Shown here piece after piece: positions 58,355-64,000 of a DNA stretch of 64,000 bases (position 1 is the first letter of the stretch; every line of letters begins with the position of its first letter). Position numbers and translations under genes: made by a program. The stretch is from the NCBI GenBank assembly GCA_027002375.1, contig JALWZX010000011.1, forward strand, positions 18,317-82,316. The letters run 5' to 3'. This DNA is from a candidate division WWE3 bacterium. GTDB taxonomy: Bacteria > Patescibacteriota > WWE3 > 2-01-FULL-39-13. The notes beneath the pieces are model-generated. The model saw only the letters and a program-made list of their open reading frames with translations, was not told the DNA's origin and did no database searches.

Positions 58355-58648
58355 ATGAAAATCGAACCATTATCAGACAGAGTAGTTTTAAAACTGCTAA
58401 ATCCAAAAGACAAAACTAAAGCTGGCATAATTTTGCCCGAAGAAGCGCAAGAAGAATCGCACATGGCTACTGTGATAGCTGTCGGTAATGGCAAGTTTAC
58501 AGAAACCGGCCAGCTTATCAAACCAAGTGTCGAAGTTGGGCAAACAGTTTTAATTAGTGGTAAATGGGCCGGAAATAATGTAACATTAGACGGCGTAGAA
58601 TATAAAATAGTTAATGATTCTGATATATTAGCAGTAATTAAAGATTAA
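58355..58648 (+). CDS. groES: co-chaperonin GroES
   Basis: IEPLSDRVV, TKAGIILP, VIAVGNG, DILAVI. Confidence 0.97.
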   Translation: MKIEPLSDRVVLKLLNPKDKTKAGIILPEEAQEESHMATVIAVGNGKFTETGQLIKPSVEVGQTVLISGKWAGNNVTLDGVEYKIVNDSDILAVIKD

Positions 58649-58829
58649 TTTTACGGGGAATTCAATAGTCAAACATAATTTAATGGTGATTTTTCAAAAA
58701 AAAACACCAGTGTAAAAATAACTATGAAATTCTCCCTAAAAATAAAAAAGTGTAATTAGTATAGTTTGAGTCAAAAGTTAAAGAAGTGTCAGATGTGTTT
58801 TTCTGATAACTTCTACAATTTAATTAAAT

Positions 58830-60461
58830 ATGGCAGCAAAAAAAGTCATTTACGACCAAGATGCAAGAAATAAACTAAAACAAGGTGTAGACGCACTTGC
58901 AAATGCAGTAGGCGCAACAATGGGTCCACTAGGCCGAAACGTAGGCATAGAAAAATCATGGGGCGCCCCAACAATAACTCATGATGGTGTTACCGTCGCA
59001 AAAGAAGTTGAATTAAAAGATAAATTTGAAAACATGGGCGCCAAGTTAGTACTAGAAGCCGCAACAAAAACAAATGACGTCGCAGGTGATGGTACAACTT
59101 CTGCAACGGTTCTAGCTCAAGCATTAGTAGACACCGGTTTAAGAAACGTAGCAGCTGGTGCAAACCCGATGTTTATAAGACGTGGTTTAGAAAGCGCTGT
59201 AAAAGAAGTGGTAAACGAGTTAAAAACGATGGCAAAAGACATAAAAACTAAAGAGCAACAAGCACAAGTAGCAACAAATTCAGCTCAAGATGTGGAAATC
59301 GGAAACATTATTGCCGAAGCGATAGAAAAAGTTGGACCAGACGGTGTAATAACAGTAGAAGAAGGTAGAAGTTTAGACTTAGAACTAGAAACAAAAGAAG
59401 GTATGAATTTTGACCAAGGGTATCTATCACCCTACTTTGTTACAGACCCAGAAAAAATGGTAGCTGAAATAGAAGATGCTTACATATTGATAACGGATAA
59501 AAAAATAAGTAACATTCAAGACATAGTTCCTATGCTAGAGAACTTGGTAAAGATAACACAAAACCTAGTAATCATCGCTGAAGACATAGAATCTCAAGCA
59601 TTAGCAACATTAGTTGTCAATAAACTAAGAGGATCACTTAAAGTTTTGGCAATAAAAGCACCAGGATTTGGCGACAGAAGAAAAGCTATGTTAGAAGACA
59701 TTGCAATTGTAACTGGTGGATCAGTAATCAGCGAAGACACTGGTAGAAAATTGGATTCTGTTTCTATCGAAGATTTGGGCCGAGCAGACAAAGTAATAAC
59801 AACAAAAGACGATACAACAATAGTCGGAGGAAAAGGCTCAAAAGCAAATATAGAAGCACGTGTAACACAAATTAAAAGAGAAATAGATGAATCTACAAGT
59901 GATTACGACAAAGAAAAATTACAAGAAAGACTAGCAAAACTAATTGGAGGTGTAGCAATAATAAGAGTTGGTGCTGCAACTGAAGCTGAAATGAAAGAAA
60001 AGAAATACAGAGTAGAAGACGCAGTTAATGCAACACAAGCCGCAGTTGCAGAAGGTATAGTTCCCGGTGGTGGAATCGCTTACCTTAAAGCACGAAAAGT
60101 ATTAGAGAAAACAAAGCTAGAAAGTGATGAAAAAGTAGGTGCGACAATATTGTTTGAGGCACTAGAAAAGCCTTTTAGAACAATTCTTACAAACGCTGGC
60201 CTAGAACCAGGAAAATACATAAAAGAAATAGAAGAAAACTTAGACAAAAACCTTGGATTAAATGTACTAGACGGCAAGTTGTATGATATGGTAGAAGCTG
60301 GTGTTATTGACCCTGTAAGAGTTACAAGAACAGCAGTAGAAAACGCAGTTAGTGTAACAATAAGCATTTTAACAACAGATGCTTTAATAGCAGAAGAACC
60401 AGAAGATAAACCCGAGCCACCAATGCCACAAGCACCAGGTGGAATGCCAGGCATGATGTAA
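58830..60461 (+). CDS. groEL: chaperonin GroEL
   Basis: [48 protein letters not shown]-terminal GGMPGMM. Confidence 0.99.
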   Translation: MAAKKVIYDQDARNKLKQGVDALANAVGATMGPLGRNVGIEKSWGAPTITHDGVTVAKEVELKDKFENMGAKLVLEAATKTNDVAGDGTTSATVLAQALVDTGLRNVAAGANPMFIRRGLESAVKEVVNELKTMAKDIKTKEQQAQVATNSAQDVEIGNIIAEAIEKVGPDGVITVEEGRSLDLELETKEGMNFDQGYLSPYFVTDPEKMVAEIEDAYILITDKKISNIQDIVPMLENLVKITQNLVIIAEDIESQALATLVVNKLRGSLKVLAIKAPGFGDRRKAMLEDIAIVTGGSVISEDTGRKLDSVSIEDLGRADKVITTKDDTTIVGGKGSKANIEARVTQIKREIDESTSDYDKEKLQERLAKLIGGVAIIRVGAATEAEMKEKKYRVEDAVNATQAAVAEGIVPGGGIAYLKARKVLEKTKLESDEKVGATILFEALEKPFRTILTNAGLEPGKYIKEIEENLDKNLGLNVLDGKLYDMVEAGVIDPVRVTRTAVENAVSVTISILTTDALIAEEPEDKPEPPMPQAPGGMPGMM

Positions 60462-60518
60462 GATTTATAGATTAATCTAATCGCGCACAGTTGCTTACCT
60501 ATTTAATGAGCGATTTGT

Positions 60519-60546
60519 GAAGCTCCCGATTTCAATCGGGAGCTTC
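60519..60546. terminator. hairpin downstream of groEL (terminator or REP-like)
   Basis: GAAGCTCCCGAT-TTCA-ATCGGGAGCTTC. Confidence 0.7.
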
Positions 60547-60632
60547 CTATGCCTGCGTTGCATAAAATCTAACGCTTGCCTATCTACCTCCACACATCTG
60601 AAGAATTGGAAATTTTAACAGCATAGTAAAAT

Positions 60633-60744
60633 ACCGACAGCCTACGCAGTCGGCATTTTGCATTTAGCTCGCTAAAGCGAGTTCGGCTACGCCGAAACAA
60701 CTTCATCTGATTGCGTAAGCAATCAGCAGTTATGAAAAGTAAAA
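60633..60744. repeat. repeat family B, most intact copy (four consecutive hairpins)
   Basis: CCGACAGC-CTAC-GCAGTCGG; CTCGC-TAAA-GCGAG; TTCGGC-TAC-GCCGAA; CTGATTGC-GTAA-GCAATCAG. Confidence 0.85.
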
Positions 60745-60931
60745 CAAACCGCCCCTTTTCGCCTTCAACTCCCTATTCAGCGAACAACATGAATACCCAA
60801 TTTCAAATCCGTTAACACAGGCTAACCCAATTGCACATGTACAAACGCAACACAAATTTACACATTAGTCTTGCAATCAAGATTAGTCAATTCCGCTTTA
60901 TTACTAATCTACTTTCTGATAAACTAAAGAT

Positions 60932-62419
60932 ATGAAAAAACCTGCCATATTCAATAAAAACAAGAACAAGGAAACAATAAATACAGAACAAGAACATGAA
61001 CAAACAGGCATAACAGATAATTCTAGAAATACTATGAAACCATCTTCTACACAGCAACAACCACAGCAAAGCACGACTGAGCGAACAGAATCGGCAACTG
61101 ATACACAAGAAACAAACATGTCAAAAAAACAAAACGCTACAAAGCACGTAGATAGCAAATCCAACAATGCTGAATTCGCAAAAAAAGGTTCTTTACTCGG
61201 TGCTAGAGAGTTAAAAAAGATAGGCATTGGTTGTTTCGGAATACTAGCCTTCTTCATAACCCTACTTGTAATATTCTCCGTGTACAAATCAGTAACACGA
61301 AATGATATCCCTGTACAAACAGAAAAACATCTAGTCTGCCAAAACGATTCATGCATAGAAATTCCAGGTGCTGGCACAAACGAATGCGAAACAAATAAAG
61401 ATTGCAAAAAGGAAAATGTGGAAATTGTCCCGTCATACGCCTACATCAAAGATAAAACAGAAATATACACCGCAACAGTAGATGGCAAAGAAAAGAAAAA
61501 AGTGTTATCTATTAACGATCAAAACCAAGAATTTACAACACTAACATGGAAAGATAAAGATCAAATCACATATGCGAAATGTGAAATTAATCATAGCAAA
61601 GACTGTTCTATAGAAACTCTAAATTTAAAGAACAGATCTATAACACCGGAAATTATACAATCTTTATCTGATAAAATCAGAAAAATAAAATTTAACAACA
61701 ATAAAAAGTATTTTGCGTACATTGGACAAGATTCCACAGAGAAAAATATAAACTTAACATTCTACATAAAAACTGGCACCGTAAAAACGCCATTAAAAAC
61801 AATCAGCTCCAACCCCGATCCTACTAATATACAAACACGTATTTTGTTCACCAACGACAATAATTATATAGTTTTCTCGGCAATAGAAGTAACACATGAT
61901 GAGAAGGATAAGAATAAGATATACAAAGTTCCACAAATATACATATATCAAATAAATGGCATCCTATTCGATAGGATAGAAAACGCTACCGACCCATTCA
62001 TCGTGAATAAAGATACTATTGGTTTTTCTAAAAACAACCAATTAATGTACAAAAAGATAGGCAACAAATTAGAAACTTCTGTAACACCGTTTAAACAAAG
62101 TTATAATCCAGTAATATCATTTGACAAAAGAAATATAGCATATTGGAAAAACGAAGGCGGTTTTAGCGACGTTTTACTAGGAATTTATAATATTGATATG
62201 GGAATTCATAGAAACATATTAAGAGGGGTAATTATACCTACGTGGGTAACAAACAACTCCTTAGTAGGCATAAAAGCAGATGGCTGTATAGGTCAAGCAT
62301 GCCTATTATATGAATTTCAAACAACAAGTTTAGTTCTAGTTAATATAGAAAACGGCGATGTAACAATAGTCGATCAAGGAAAATCAATTTCAAATATTGA
62401 TTTTTTGCAACCAAATTAG
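60932..62419 (+). CDS. membrane-anchored TolB-like beta-propeller protein
   Basis: Disordered N-terminus, single TM, small Cys knot (C..DSC...NECETNKDC), beta-rich repeats (FNNNKKYFAY, FTNDNNYIVF, ISFDKRNIAY). Confidence 0.7.
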   Translation: MKKPAIFNKNKNKETINTEQEHEQTGITDNSRNTMKPSSTQQQPQQSTTERTESATDTQETNMSKKQNATKHVDSKSNNAEFAKKGSLLGARELKKIGIGCFGILAFFITLLVIFSVYKSVTRNDIPVQTEKHLVCQNDSCIEIPGAGTNECETNKDCKKENVEIVPSYAYIKDKTEIYTATVDGKEKKKVLSINDQNQEFTTLTWKDKDQITYAKCEINHSKDCSIETLNLKNRSITPEIIQSLSDKIRKIKFNNNKKYFAYIGQDSTEKNINLTFYIKTGTVKTPLKTISSNPDPTNIQTRILFTNDNNYIVFSAIEVTHDEKDKNKIYKVPQIYIYQINGILFDRIENATDPFIVNKDTIGFSKNNQLMYKKIGNKLETSVTPFKQSYNPVISFDKRNIAYWKNEGGFSDVLLGIYNIDMGIHRNILRGVIIPTWVTNNSLVGIKADGCIGQACLLYEFQTTSLVLVNIENGDVTIVDQGKSISNIDFLQPN

Positions 62420-62420
62420 T

Positions 62421-64000
62421 ATGCCTATACAAGAATCTGCATCAAATATGGCAAATGCGGGGCGTAAGCACCCTGTTCCTCAAAATGTGATGGACGTCGA
62501 ATTCAAAGTCGTGGGCGATCTTACCGTAAGACAGGTAATGTACTTATTCGTTGGCGCTTTTTTGATGTATGTCTTTTACAGAATGGGGTTACCATTCTTT
62601 TGGAAATGGCTATTTGTAATAGGAATCGGGGCGCTCTCCGTAGCAGTTGCTTTTATCCCAGTACAAGAACGCGGATTAGATAAGTGGCTAGTAAGCTTTG
62701 TCACAGCATTAAGAAATCCGACACAAAGAGTTTGGAAAAAATCACACAACCCACCTGCATATTTTTTATCCGATTACGCTAAAATAATTAAAAACGAAAT
62801 AATAACACTAACACCAGCCAAAAGTAGAAGTAAGTTAGATGAATATCTAGGCACTCAACAACAACAGACAACATACGATAACGAAACAAAAGAAAAACTT
62901 GAGCAAATACAATTACTCTACGCTCAGACCTCAACTATAGCTAAAAAATTACCAACTAAGCAACAACCAACACTAGCAGACGTTCATAAAGATGAACTAG
63001 AATCAAAATCAGAAATGACAAATACAACTAGAAACATAAACCGACCAATAAAAAACATTTCCGCAACGCTAGACAAAGGCATACAGATAAAAGTGAAATC
63101 AAAAATGCCTGACACCATAACACTTACAGAAATACAAAACATTAAAAAACAAGAAAAAGACATAAGCAAACAAATAGACAGCCTATTAAAAACAACCAAA
63201 AAAGCGCAAAAACAATTTAAGACAACTAAGCTGTCAACAGAACATAAACAAAACAGATTACAATTCTTTAATACAAAATACACAGAAATAAAAAACGCAA
63301 AACAATCTTTAGAAGGACAAATTCAACAAAAACAAGACGCGATAAAAGACAACAGTACAGTATCTAACGATGTACTGAAACAGATCAAATCTCTACAAAG
63401 TGAAAATGCCACACTGGAGATGCAGTTAAAGGAACTTCAAAAAGAAATAAACTCTCTAGTGTCAATAAAATCAGCACCAACCGAGAAGTTAAAACTAAAC
63501 ATTAACAACAATCAAATATCAAATACCAAAAACAACCTGTCTCCTACAAAGAAAAAAGCCACAAACAAGCTAAATGTACATATACCCAAACTAAACTTTG
63601 AAATTCCTAAAACCCAAGAAGCCACAACTGTTACGAAACAGAGTACAACGGCACAATCTTCACAACCAAGTACATCAACAAATTCCGACAACTTGTCAAA
63701 TATGAACGAAGATAAAAAGAAGCAGGCAGATAAAGCATTAGCAAATATATTAAACAACAAATATAGAACAGCAAATATACTAAAAGCAGAAAAAACCAAA
63801 AGCCAAAAACCCAAAACTCAAAAAGATACAGCACCTTCAGAAGACACGAACATAATCCATGGCGTTGTAAAAGATGCATCTGGAAAATTATTAGAAAACG
63901 CGGTAGTTTTAATAAAAAATAATAAAGGAGACATAGAAAGAGCTTTAAAAACTAACAAGCTTGGACACTTTAAAACGCAAACTAAATTAGACAATGGAAA
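62421..64000 (+). CDS. PrgI-family protein with coiled coil and C-terminal carboxypeptidase-regulatory-like domain (partial, runs off the window; absent from the ORF track)
   Basis: Manual translation of both ends in one frame: HPVPQNVMDVEFKVVGDLTVRQ, two TMs, ERGLDKW, PTQRVWKK; end IHGVVKDASGKLLENAVVLIK...LKTNKLGHF. Confidence 0.85.
   Translation, partial: MPIQESASNMANAGRKHPVPQNVMDVEFKVVGDLTVRQVMYLFVGAFLMYVFYRMGLPFFWKWLFVIGIGALSVAVAFIPVQERGLDKWLVSFVTALRNPTQRVWKKSHNPPAYFLSDYAKIIKNEIITLTPAKSRSKLDEYLGTQQQQTTYDNETKEKLEQIQLLYAQTSTIAKKLPTKQQPTLADVHKDELESKSEMTNTTRNINRPIKNISATLDKGIQIKVKSKMPDTITLTEIQNIKKQEKDISKQIDSLLKTTKKAQKQFKTTKLSTEHKQNRLQFFNTKYTEIKNAKQSLEGQIQQKQDAIKDNSTVSNDVLKQIKSLQSENATLEMQLKELQKEINSLVSIKSAPTEKLKLNINNNQISNTKNNLSPTKKKATNKLNVHIPKLNFEIPKTQEATTVTKQSTTAQSSQPSTSTNSDNLSNMNEDKKKQADKALANILNNKYRTANILKAEKTKSQKPKTQKDTAPSEDTNIIHGVVKDASGKLLENAVVLIKNNKGDIERALKTNKLGHFKTQTKLDNG

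Noticed and set aside
18540-60744. CRISPR array interpretation of the repeats
   Set aside because: Copies are dispersed, ~100 bp and divergent, with no regular repeat-spacer pattern and no cas genes

Overview
AT-rich bacterial chromosomal window read with genetic code 11. Gene content (protease-less Lon-like AAA protein, PrgI-like and TraD/VirD4-like proteins, Cys-rich zinc-ribbon proteins, cohesin/dockerin and PEGA/SH3 surface proteins, many ORFans, mostly leaderless starts) points to a Patescibacteria/CPR genome, plausibly WWE3/Microgenomates/Dojkabacteria-like (inference). Housekeeping genes: metG, rmuC, uppS, a polyprenyl synthetase, a HelD-like helicase, groES-groEL, tRNA-Phe(GAA) and tRNA-Cys(GCA). 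Main observations: (1) a 14.7-kb six-gene surface-assembly locus (18826-33504) encoding a giant adhesin and a small secreted subunit that share a WxL/spore-coat-U-like C-terminal domain, two DUF916-like membrane-anchored proteins, a dockerin protein and a cohesin protein; (2) a ~100-bp palindromic repeat family (7 copies) that lies in the same reading frame within the N-termini of two genes of that locus and supplies the 3' end of the HelD-like gene; (3) a second multi-hairpin repeat family and a 118-bp IS200/IS605-like miniature element nested in a repeat copy; (4) two related DNRLRE-domain surface proteins with an interrupted CBM-like domain that in one locus is split between two ORFs, plus an in-frame TGA at a conserved Cys position; (5) -10 boxes placed 6-8 nt before many start codons. 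Domain calls come from motif recognition by eye, not database searches.
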